A stretch of DNA of 24,000 nucleotides from Candidatus Woesearchaeota archaeon (GTDB lineage Archaea > Nanobdellota > Nanobdellia > Woesearchaeales > WJKV01), in contig WJKV01000011.1 in NCBI GenBank assembly GCA_014728875.1, forward strand, positions 55-24,054, read 5' to 3'. Each line of letters starts with the position of its first letter. Position 1 is the stretch's first letter. A program made the position numbers and the translations under genes. The notes under the pieces were generated by a model. That model saw nothing but the letters and a program-made list of their open reading frames with translations. It was not told the origin of the DNA and did not search any database. Shown here one piece after another: positions 16,135 through 23,187 of this stretch.

Positions 16135-16653
16135 ATGAAACTAAGAAGAATACAGGTCAAAAAAAGAGGACAGATACAAACCCTTGAATCTGTTGCAGTG
16201 TTATTTGTTTTTTTCATCCTGCTGGCATTGAGCATGATATTTTATCTTTCATATGCAAAAAGCCAGGAGAGCGGCAGGATGGCAGAAATCAACAGGGAGC
16301 AGGCAATGATGGTGGCGCAGCAGATAATCAACCTTCCTGAATTGAAAAGCTCCAGGAGGGCTGTGAGAGGCGTCAATACAATAGACATTGTCAAGCTGGA
16401 GGCGTTAAAGAATGTCCTGGATACCAACTTTGATCTGCGGAGAGGCATCTATCAGGAGCGTTTCGGTTCGAGCATCATCGATGTTTATGAGATATACCCC
16501 GGGCAGAACGAATGGGCACTATATAGTAATCCTGACCTGGACGCCAAGTTCAGGAACGAATTTTATGTACCTATTTCATTGTACAATTCATTAGACATAC
16601 CAGGCGGCAATTATTCAGCAGGTCTGCTGCACATATTGTATTATGGTGGATAA
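16135..16653 (+). CDS. Class III signal-peptide (pilin-like) protein, 172 aa
   Basis: MKLRRIQVKKRG|QIQTLESVAVLFVFFILLALSMIFYLSY. Confidence 0.8.
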   Translation: MKLRRIQVKKRGQIQTLESVAVLFVFFILLALSMIFYLSYAKSQESGRMAEINREQAMMVAQQIINLPELKSSRRAVRGVNTIDIVKLEALKNVLDTNFDLRRGIYQERFGSSIIDVYEIYPGQNEWALYSNPDLDAKFRNEFYVPISLYNSLDIPGGNYSAGLLHILYYGG

Positions 16654-17214
16654 ATGCTAAAGAAAATAAAAACAAGAAGAGGACAGATGGAGATCATGGG
16701 TCTGCTGGTGATAGTGATGATATTCATAGTTGCCCTGATGTTTGTATTGTTTTTTGTTGCAAGAGGGGATCGCACTGACGCGTTCAGGGCTTTTGACGAT
16801 GAACTGCACGCATACAATACGATCAGCACGATTGTGCAGGCGCACACACCCTGCAGGAGCCTGACCGTAACAGACGTGCTGAAATTTGCCTCGTTCGGAA
16901 ACAACTGGCCCGGGGCGCGGCCTTGCCCAGAGGAAGGAATCCCGATGGCGCCGGAAACTTATGCTACAGAACAGATAGAAACAATGCTGAACAGGTCCCT
17001 GGGCTTTATTGAACAGGATTATCATTTTTATGTCTACAGGGACCAGGATGTAAGAGCAGACGGAACAATCTCAAACTATGTGATAGACATCGTCTCAAGA
17101 AAGGATGTAGCGAGTGCAGAATTATGTGCTGACTATGTTGTGAGCGGGACACAGCCCATAAGCTACCAAGGAGGCACGTTTTTTGTGACCCTGGACATCT
17201 GCGACAAGAGATGA
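16654..17214 (+). CDS. Class III signal-peptide (pilin-like) protein, 186 aa
   Basis: MLKKIKTRRG|QMEIMGLLVIVMIFIVALMFVLFFV. The ATG abuts the preceding TAA. GGTGGA SD-like motif is 4 nt upstream. Confidence 0.8.
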   Translation: MLKKIKTRRGQMEIMGLLVIVMIFIVALMFVLFFVARGDRTDAFRAFDDELHAYNTISTIVQAHTPCRSLTVTDVLKFASFGNNWPGARPCPEEGIPMAPETYATEQIETMLNRSLGFIEQDYHFYVYRDQDVRADGTISNYVIDIVSRKDVASAELCADYVVSGTQPISYQGGTFFVTLDICDKR

Positions 17215-17357
17215 AAAACATGAAAACGCAAAACATACTGATAAAAACCAGGAAAGCGGCCCTGTCATTGAGGGCTCTGCTAATAATATTGATTACTGTG
17301 TTCGGCCTGATCATATTGACCTTGCTGGTCACCACTGTTTTGCGAGCATTTAAGTGA
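17211..17357 (+). CDS. Mini pilin-like protein, 48 aa (below the ORF-track cutoff)
   Basis: My translation: MKNMKTQNILIKTRKA|ALSLRALLIILITVFGLIILTLLVTTVLRAFK*. The ATG overlaps the upstream stop (ATGA at 17211..17214) and the TGA is at 17355..17357. It has the same basic-prepeptide plus K-A plus hydrophobic-helix layout as the neighbouring genes and exactly fills an otherwise unexplained 160-nt gap. Confidence 0.55.
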   Translation: MKNMKTQNILIKTRKAALSLRALLIILITVFGLIILTLLVTTVLRAFK

Positions 17358-17374
17358 AAATTTTTGTTGAAAAA

Positions 17375-18325
17375 ATGACAACGGCAAAATTAAAAATAAA
17401 AAAGAACAGGAAAGCGTTCCTGATAGGCCTGAAAGCCTTCGTCCTCATAGTATTGGTTCTTTTTGGCCTGTTCATTGCCTATACCTTTTTCATACCCAAG
17501 AGCAAGAGCACAGTAGAGCAGGTCGACCGTTATCTGTGCAGGACTAGCGTGAAGGCGAAAGCAGAGACAAAGATATTAAAGACGCCGAGCCCGGTGAATC
17601 TGGAATGCTATACAAGATTCGCGACCATAGAGCCGTCGAAAAAATACGAATATGAGAAGAAAGACAACAGGATCAGAAAAGGCGTGTCGAGCAAGGAAGA
17701 ATTAAGAGAAGCTTATGCTGATGAACTGGGCGGCTGTTTCTGGCAGATGGGGGGGGAAAACGGCGAATCCCTGTACAATCCTTTCTCTCCGTTCGAATCA
17801 ACAGGACAGGCAAGATGCGTGATATGCTCTACCATAGACATAGACGAAGAGATAATCAAGAAATACGGCGGCACAATAGACAAGTTCAATTCCCATTTAA
17901 GGTCGCACAATTACAAGGACGTCGGCATTGACGTGCCTTACAGCCGGCTGCTCGGCCTGCAGAACAAGGAATTCCCTGATTTCAGGATAGAAAGAAACAA
18001 CAAGCCTATGTCGTACAGTGTTGTGTGGATAATAAGTTCAACACCTGCGAAAACAAGAACAACTGTATATACTGTAGGTCTCGGCATACTTGGCGCAGGA
18101 GGCGGTTATGCTGCAGGCTGTCTTGCAGGATCTGTTATGATGCCGATTCCTCCTTTCAGTCTGCTCGGCTGCGTGGTCGGTGCCGGCGCAGGAGGTGCTG
18201 CCGGCGCAGGCGTGGGCTATGGTGCAGGTGTTATACATACTCTGGCAGAGGACCAGACGTACAGCACCAATACCTTGATCATACCTGCAGATGAAGCAGA
18301 GAAACATTGCGCGCAGTTGTATTGA
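17375..18325 (+). CDS. Class III-like signal-peptide protein with conserved-Cys ectodomain and C-terminal glycine-zipper hydrophobic segment (316 aa)
   Basis: The track start 17354 is a GTG. The first ATG (17375) gives MTTAKLKIKKNRKA|FLIGLKAFVLIVLVLFGLFIAYTFF. The segment at 18074..18238 encodes VGLGILGAGGGYAAGCLAGSVMMPIPPFSLLGCVVGAGAGGAAGAGVGYGAGVIH. It is a paralog of the next gene (see findings). The start choice is uncertain between 17354 and 17375. Confidence 0.75.
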   Translation: MTTAKLKIKKNRKAFLIGLKAFVLIVLVLFGLFIAYTFFIPKSKSTVEQVDRYLCRTSVKAKAETKILKTPSPVNLECYTRFATIEPSKKYEYEKKDNRIRKGVSSKEELREAYADELGGCFWQMGGENGESLYNPFSPFESTGQARCVICSTIDIDEEIIKKYGGTIDKFNSHLRSHNYKDVGIDVPYSRLLGLQNKEFPDFRIERNNKPMSYSVVWIISSTPAKTRTTVYTVGLGILGAGGGYAAGCLAGSVMMPIPPFSLLGCVVGAGAGGAAGAGVGYGAGVIHTLAEDQTYSTNTLIIPADEAEKHCAQLY

Positions 18326-18364
18326 ACGATTATTGACAATACTAAGTTTTAAAACAATGAGAAA

Positions 18365-19168
18365 ATGAAAAAAAACAAGAAAGCCGTTGTCGGGCAGGCC
18401 TTGTCTGTCATTGTGGTATTGATACTGGTAGTTTTCATATTGTTGATCTTTCTTCCGTTCGGCGAGAAAACAGCAGAAGCAGGCGAGAAGATCATTGCTG
18501 ACACAAAGTGCAAGACCAGTGTCGAGCTTGCGGCAAGGAGCGAAAAGGTGTGGGTCGCAGACATAATCGACTGTCCAACGACCTATCTTGAGATAAAAAA
18601 GAACGATGACGCAAAATACATCATCAGTGAAGCGCTCGCCAGCTGCTGGCATCGCTTCGGCAAGGGAGAGCTTAAACTGTTCAAGCATCATCCTGACACT
18701 TTCGGTTCGCAGGACAAAGCAGTGTACTGCAATGTCTGCCATGTTTTTGAGTTCGGCAAGGATGTTGCGCCTATTACAGATCTCGGAGGGTATCTTGCTA
18801 GAAACAATGTGTCTAGGAAATTTTCATTGCGCTCAGAGCCTGTATCTTATTTTGAATATCTTCAAGGAAAATACATAGATGAAAGCACAAAAGGAATATA
18901 TGCCAACAACATCTTTGCAGGAACGACAATTGAGACTAACAGGCCCTACGCAGCGGTTTTTGTATATACCAAAGATCCTTCATTTTTTGCCAGCAACTAT
19001 CTTTTTTTCAGGGCGCAGAGGGCTGAAACCTTCATCGGACAGATATGGTACGGCGGCCTCGGCCTCATGTTCGGCAAAAGCATCGGTGCAGAATGGTGGA
19101 GCCATACTGTCCTGTTGCCGTATGAAAAAGGAAAACTGCAGAATGTGTGCGAGATCCTGGAAGAATGA
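18365..19168 (+). CDS. Class III-like signal-peptide protein, conserved-Cys family paralog (267 aa)
   Basis: MKKNKKA|VVGQALSVIVVLILVVFILLIFL. It shares C[KR]TSV, C-x-T, A-x-x-L-x-x-C-[WF]-x-x-x-G-x-G, C-x-[VI]-C and a C-terminal C-x-x-L with the 17375 gene. Confidence 0.8.
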   Translation: MKKNKKAVVGQALSVIVVLILVVFILLIFLPFGEKTAEAGEKIIADTKCKTSVELAARSEKVWVADIIDCPTTYLEIKKNDDAKYIISEALASCWHRFGKGELKLFKHHPDTFGSQDKAVYCNVCHVFEFGKDVAPITDLGGYLARNNVSRKFSLRSEPVSYFEYLQGKYIDESTKGIYANNIFAGTTIETNRPYAAVFVYTKDPSFFASNYLFFRAQRAETFIGQIWYGGLGLMFGKSIGAEWWSHTVLLPYEKGKLQNVCEILEE

Positions 19169-19222
19169 AAGAATGAAAAAGTATTAAAATCGAAAAGAAT
19201 TTTATCTGAAACTATAGAAATG

Positions 19223-19230
19223 TTTATATA
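19223..19230 (+). promoter_or_regulatory. TATA box-like TTTATATA upstream of the small-pilin sub-cluster
   Basis: Near-consensus archaeal TATA in the 95-nt gap after 19168. The ATG at 19264 lies 41 nt downstream of the element start. Confidence 0.4.
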
Positions 19231-19263
19231 ACGAAATTGTTTATTTTGACAGGCAGAGCAAAC

Positions 19264-19425
19264 ATGAACCTGAATAACCTAATTAAAAGAGATAAAAAAG
19301 GCGAACTGAGCGTAAGAACAATAATCATAATAATTATTGTGATAGCCACTCTTGTAGCTCTATTGTTAATCCTTGCGTCAAAAGGAAAACTCATGACAGA
19401 AATCTGGGGGAAAGGTCCGTTCTGA
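19264..19425 (+). CDS. Small class III signal-peptide (pilin-like) protein, 53 aa
   Basis: The track ORF begins at a TTG (19237). The first ATG (19264) gives MNLNNLIKRDKKG|ELSVRTIIIIIIVIATLVALLLILASKGKLMTEIWGKGPF. Confidence 0.6.
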   Translation: MNLNNLIKRDKKGELSVRTIIIIIIVIATLVALLLILASKGKLMTEIWGKGPF

Positions 19426-19428
19426 AAA

Positions 19429-19677
19429 ATGAAAACAGTCAGCGTGATTATAGCCATCATAATCGGAATCATCATCCTATTGGTTGTTTTGTATGTTTTT
19501 CTGCCGAAATTGATGCAGGCTGACGAGAGCAGTGAAGAATTCCTGAAACAAACATTGGAAAAACAAACAATGCGCGCAGAAAATTATGATTTTCCAGAAT
19601 TCGAGCATCCAAAAGATTTAAATAGTAGAGATGCCAAAATACCAATATTGAGCGATTATAAAGAGGTGTTGCTATGA
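19429..19677 (+). CDS. Small single-pass membrane protein with acidic C-terminal region, 82 aa
   Basis: MKTVSVIIAIIIGIIILLVVLYVFLPKLMQADESSEEF... has a hydrophobic N-terminus but no basic prepeptide or G/A cleavage motif. The IIIGIIIL core resembles the helix of the 2404 gene product. Confidence 0.6.
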   Translation: MKTVSVIIAIIIGIIILLVVLYVFLPKLMQADESSEEFLKQTLEKQTMRAENYDFPEFEHPKDLNSRDAKIPILSDYKEVLL

Positions 19678-19982
19678 TGAACAAAAAAGGACAAGGCTTA
19701 TCATTGAGTGTTATTATTATTGCCATTCTTGCAATCTTGGTATTGGTTGTTCTTGCAGTGATATTCACAGGTAAAACAGGACAGATCACAACCAAGATAG
19801 AGAAAGGCTGCATAGAGAACGGAGGACAGTGCGTCGACAGGGACGAATACATCTCATGTGACGAGCCTGCTTTGAACATGGTTGATGTCGAAAGAATGGG
19901 CTATAAATGCGCCAATCCTGACCAGTACATGTGCTGCGCGTCTGAAGCGATTGCTGCATCCCTGAGAACAAGAGAGCAGTAA
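19674..19982 (+). CDS. Small class III signal-peptide pilin-like protein with Cys-rich C-terminal domain, 102 aa (candidate filament subunit)
   Basis: MMNKKG|QGLSLSVIIIAILAILVLVVLAVIFTG, then GCIENGGQCVDRDEYISCDEP...YKCANPDQYMCCAS. AGAGGTG SD-like motif is 7 nt upstream. ATGA overlap with the preceding gene. Confidence 0.8.
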   Translation: MMNKKGQGLSLSVIIIAILAILVLVVLAVIFTGKTGQITTKIEKGCIENGGQCVDRDEYISCDEPALNMVDVERMGYKCANPDQYMCCASEAIAASLRTREQ

Positions 19983-20005
19983 TTTCTATTTTCTTCTTTT
20001 TTCTT
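19983..20005 (+). terminator. Oligo-T/pyrimidine tract, putative archaeal intrinsic terminator
   Basis: TTTCTATTTTCTTCTTTTTTCTT (includes a T6 run) lies directly after the stop at 19982 and just before a TATA-like element. Confidence 0.4.
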
Positions 20006-20014
20006 ATCACAACC

Positions 20015-20022
20015 TTTATATA
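20015..20022 (+). promoter_or_regulatory. TATA box-like TTTATATA
   Basis: Ends 26 nt upstream of the ATG at 20049. This spacing fits a leaderless or near-leaderless transcript, and there is no SD-like motif in between. Confidence 0.45.
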
Positions 20023-20048
20023 TCTTATTTATTTAGTTTGAACATAAA

Positions 20049-20336
20049 ATGGGGAAAAAGAGAGTTGATAAGAAAGGGCAGGGACTGCCTTTGAGTGTAA
20101 TAATAATTCTGATAATCGCTGCTATTACTCTTGTTGTTGTGATTGCAATTTTTACCAGGCAGGCGCACAAAGGAGAGCAGCGATTGGATGCAATAACAAA
20201 CCCGATAGAATACAAGGCAGCATGCTTGAACCAGAATCAGATGGAATATGAAGAATGCGTGGGATTCTGCAAAAAGTCTGCAGAAGAAAATCAAAGAGAA
20301 GAGATTTGCGTGCTGGTCAAAGAAAAGCCAAAATAG
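20049..20336 (+). CDS. Small class III signal-peptide pilin-like protein, 95 aa (paralogous N-terminus to the 19674 gene; candidate filament subunit)
   Basis: MGKKRVDKKG|QGLPLSVIIILIIAAITLVVVIAIFTRQ has the same KKGQGL[SP]LSVIII start as the 19674 gene. The C-terminal part contains 4 Cys (ACLNQ...ECVGFC...ICV). Confidence 0.8.
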   Translation: MGKKRVDKKGQGLPLSVIIILIIAAITLVVVIAIFTRQAHKGEQRLDAITNPIEYKAACLNQNQMEYEECVGFCKKSAEENQREEICVLVKEKPK

Positions 20337-20344
20337 CATGAACT

Positions 20345-21040
20345 ATGAAAAAAAACAAAAAAGCTCAATTAGACTGGTTCGTAAAGGAATTAGGAGTATT
20401 GGTATTGGTGATCATCATTGCATTTGTCATATTCGCTTTGGGAACCAAGATATATAAATCGTTCTCTCCTACGCAGAGCGCAGAGATCAGCCTGCAGCTT
20501 CTCGCAGACGGCAGTGAGATTCTTGTGAATGGAACATACACAAAAGGCTATAATATTTCAAAGTGTTTCACCAATTTTGCATTGGAGAATGATGAAGCTC
20601 TTGTTGGCTTCAATGTCGGAAGGGACACCAGCAGAAAATACAACAGGCCCGAGCCCAGCGTGTGTCCCATGCAGTTCAGCTGTCTTGTCATCTGCGACCA
20701 AGGGGGCTGGACAAGAAGAAATATACTGGGGCCCGGCAGCGACATGTGCAAAGAGGATTCGCGGCTGGAGCATAAACTAGTGAGGAATGTAAGAAATTTC
20801 TATTATCTTAGGAAAGGCAGCTGGGAAGACCTGAATTATTTCGGAGACGAAGGAAGGGTAGAAACCTGGGTCCTGGAAAGAATAGGGAGCCCTGGCAACT
20901 GGAACATAAGAATAAAAGAAGGAGATATTGCAGGACTGAAAGCGTGCGAAAATCTCAAGATCTTGCCCAGGATAACAATCGCGCAGACCACAACGACAGC
21001 AGCAGGCACTGCAGCCAAAACAGCAGGCGCCGGAAATTAA
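20345..21040 (+). CDS. Class III-like signal-peptide protein, 231 aa
   Basis: MKKNKKA|QLDWFVKELGVLVLVIIIAFVIFALG. The first 20 nt (ATGAAAAAAAACAARAAAGC) are nearly identical to the start of the 18365 gene. Thr/Ala-rich C-terminus: TTTTAAGTAAKTAGAGN. Confidence 0.78.
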   Translation: MKKNKKAQLDWFVKELGVLVLVIIIAFVIFALGTKIYKSFSPTQSAEISLQLLADGSEILVNGTYTKGYNISKCFTNFALENDEALVGFNVGRDTSRKYNRPEPSVCPMQFSCLVICDQGGWTRRNILGPGSDMCKEDSRLEHKLVRNVRNFYYLRKGSWEDLNYFGDEGRVETWVLERIGSPGNWNIRIKEGDIAGLKACENLKILPRITIAQTTTTAAGTAAKTAGAGN

Positions 21041-21084
21041 CATATTAAAATATTTTAGTTTAAAACAATCAATAGTGATGTGAC

Positions 21085-22023
21085 ATGAGGATATTTTCTG
21101 AAAAAAGAGGCATAATAAGCGAGCAGTTGTTTATGATATTCAGTCTTATTGTAGTTGTGATATTCACCATTGTTGCAGTAAGATATACCAATGGCCTGGC
21201 AACAGACCTGCTCTTCAAGCAGGATTATTATGCTCACGACATATCTTTTTTGATTGCGACCAGCATAGGCGCGCCAGGGATAGTCATTTATGATTATTCT
21301 ATAAGTGAGGATGCAAAATTCACTATAGATTCAGCTTTTGTCAATATCGCTCTGAAAGATGAAGAAACACAGCAGAGAGCATTACAGTATTTGTCGCCTT
21401 CTAAATATTATCACATAAACAAGGCTGATTTTGAGTTCAAGACTGCAGAAGACCTTACAAAACTGCAATTAATGAATTATGACGAAGAGTTCGTTGCCAC
21501 GCAGCCTGTTTATTACACCGATGAAGAGCTGGACTGCATGCAGTACTTGAATTATGATTCTAAATCAGACATCAACAGCAAAAAAATTGTGATTGATCCT
21601 GGAAGGGGCGGGAGTGATGGCGGTATCAAAGAAGAAGACAACAAAGACCAGAACCTGCAGAAAGGAAAGAACTTGTTCGCCGCCCTGGGCGGACAGCTGG
21701 CAGCAGGCCCTTCTGTCGTGATGACGCGGGACAGGGATGTTTCTGTTTCCCAGGAAGAACGGAACAATATTGTCGGAGACATGTTCATCAGCATACACGG
21801 CCTTCATAAGAAAAAGAACGAAGAGATTGTAATCGGAAAACCCACAAGAGAGAACAAGAAGCTTGCTTGCTTGCTGTCGAAAGAACTAGGAATAGAGCAG
21901 GTCAGACAGGCATCCGACAACTACATCGAAAACAATCCGTCTTCAATCACAGTCGCACTGTATCTCGGCCCCGGGAAGCATGCGAACGCAATTGCAAATA
22001 GTGTGAGGTCTTATTATGTTTAG
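21085..22023 (+). CDS. Class III signal-peptide protein fused to an Amidase_3 (N-acetylmuramoyl-L-alanine amidase)-like domain, probably degenerate
   Basis: N-terminus MRIFSEKRG|IISEQLFMIFSLIVVVIFTIVAV. The C-terminal part (about 21586..22015) is IVIDPGRGGSDGG...LFAALGGQLAAGPSVVMTRDRDVSVSQEERNNIVGDMFISIHGL...KKLACLLSKELG...ITVALYLGPG. It tracks the Amidase_3 consensus ivIDpGHGGxDpGa...V.ltR..D..vsL.eR...an...aDlfiSiHaNa...s..LA..i...l...avLvElgf, but has R in place of the GHGG His (codon 21604..21606). Confidence 0.7.
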   Translation: MRIFSEKRGIISEQLFMIFSLIVVVIFTIVAVRYTNGLATDLLFKQDYYAHDISFLIATSIGAPGIVIYDYSISEDAKFTIDSAFVNIALKDEETQQRALQYLSPSKYYHINKADFEFKTAEDLTKLQLMNYDEEFVATQPVYYTDEELDCMQYLNYDSKSDINSKKIVIDPGRGGSDGGIKEEDNKDQNLQKGKNLFAALGGQLAAGPSVVMTRDRDVSVSQEERNNIVGDMFISIHGLHKKKNEEIVIGKPTRENKKLACLLSKELGIEQVRQASDNYIENNPSSITVALYLGPGKHANAIANSVRSYYV

Positions 22024-22537
22024 GATGAACAAGAAAGGATTCACATTCAACCAGCTTTTTAAACTGCTTGAACTGGCTTTTCTTCTAATCATTATCCTGT
22101 CATTCGTTTTTTTGACAAGACACACTGTGCAGAAAAGCACAGACACCAGCAGTGCAGAAGCGTATTCTTATCTTCACAGCATGCTGTATTCAAAGAACGG
22201 CATTTTATACCATGATTCAGACATAGACAGGCAGTATCCCGGAATAATAGATGTTAGTAGATTCAATGACATCTATCTGGACAGCAGTATGCTGCTGAAC
22301 CTCTCAGAGAATGTCGAGCTGCCTGCTGCAAAGCTCGCCCTGCTTGACCAGAGCGGCATGGTTAGGGAGGCATACTGGCATAAGAAATGGTACGATAGAC
22401 TTTATCCAAAAGCAGGCGGCAGAGGTGTCGGAAGCCCGAGACAGCTCTATCAGGACCTTTATGTCCTGAAAAGAACAGCAGGAGGAAGGCTTGAACCTGC
22501 GTATCTTTCAATAGAGCTGATAGTGCCGAGAAGATAA
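22016..22537 (+). CDS. Class III signal-peptide (pilin-like) protein, 173 aa
   Basis: MFRMNKKG|FTFNQLFKLLELAFLLIIILSFVFL. GAGGT at 22005..22009 is 6 nt upstream of the ATG at 22016, which overlaps the upstream gene by 8 nt. An alternative ATG is at 22025. Confidence 0.78.
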   Translation: MFRMNKKGFTFNQLFKLLELAFLLIIILSFVFLTRHTVQKSTDTSSAEAYSYLHSMLYSKNGILYHDSDIDRQYPGIIDVSRFNDIYLDSSMLLNLSENVELPAAKLALLDQSGMVREAYWHKKWYDRLYPKAGGRGVGSPRQLYQDLYVLKRTAGGRLEPAYLSIELIVPRR

Positions 22538-22572
22538 AAATACATCTTTGAAAAAGGAAAAATAAAAGGAAA

Positions 22573-23187
22573 ATGAGAAAAAAGTTATTCAGAAACAAGA
22601 AAGGAGCAATATCGAACGTTTTTGAACTGATCGCATCTGTGATATACTATTTAGTGCTGTTCACTATATTCATGGTTCTTTTTTCTTATATGGCCGCCAT
22701 ATTGGAATACAAGCTTGACAGCAATTATCTTTATTTTTCGAATGACATTTCTGCGTCAAGCTATTTGAAAACCCCTTTAAGCTTTGACCCTGACATGACA
22801 GTATATGATGTAATCCAGAAATCTGCAGCAGACCAGGATTATGCAAAGATAGGGGCGGAGACCAACAGACTCTTTTCTCCTTTCAAGAACAAGTTCTGGC
22901 ATGTGATGTTGTGGGAGCTGCAGCCTGACAACTCCGGCAAGAGCGAGAAAAGCAAAATACTGGACTATTACAAGGAAAAGGCTTCTTATGAAGTTTTGAT
23001 AGCAGAAGACAATAAACCGCAGCAGGTGGCTGATTTGAACAGCAGACAATTACTGAACATTGCCAAGCAGGGCGAAAGGCCTAGCTGGGAAAATTTCCAG
23101 AAGATGTTCGTGTTCAGACAGATTCCTTTAGAGATGAATGGAGTGCAAAAGGAAGCCTTGTTCGTATTCGCACTGGGTGATTCATGA
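22573..23187 (+). CDS. Class III signal-peptide (pilin-like) protein, 204 aa
   Basis: MRKKLFRNKKG|AISNVFELIASVIYYLVLFTIFMVLF. AAAGGA lies 4 nt upstream. Confidence 0.78.
   Translation: MRKKLFRNKKGAISNVFELIASVIYYLVLFTIFMVLFSYMAAILEYKLDSNYLYFSNDISASSYLKTPLSFDPDMTVYDVIQKSAADQDYAKIGAETNRLFSPFKNKFWHVMLWELQPDNSGKSEKSKILDYYKEKASYEVLIAEDNKPQQVADLNSRQLLNIAKQGERPSWENFQKMFVFRQIPLEMNGVQKEALFVFALGDS

Noticed and set aside
18038-18742. 234-aa minus-strand ORF
   Set aside because: It spans the end of one + strand gene, the intergenic gap and the start of the next. It is Cys/Arg-rich antisense of the Gly/Ala-rich segment, has no signal or motif, and conflicts with two paralogous + strand genes.
19264-19677. 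Possible TGA read-through or split gene: 19264..19425 and 19429..19677 are in the same frame, separated only by TGA-AAA
   Set aside because: TGA is used as a genuine stop by several well-supported genes here (14497, 17212, 23185). Sharing a frame happens by chance one time in three, and the second ORF has its own ATG. Read-through is unsupported without further evidence.
19429-19677. Counting the 82-aa protein as a 17th pilin
   Set aside because: It has a hydrophobic N-terminus but lacks the basic prepeptide and G/A cleavage motif, and no in-frame upstream extension is possible because of the stop at 19423. It is kept as a generic small membrane protein.
14515-20365. A7-A8 homopolymer runs just after several pilin-like start codons (e.g. 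18368..18375, 20348..20355) as slipped-strand phase-variation switches
   Set aside because: They are fully explained by AAA Lys codons of the basic prepeptide. There is no population or variant data in a single sequence to suggest length variation. Worth a glance in read data, but not supported here.
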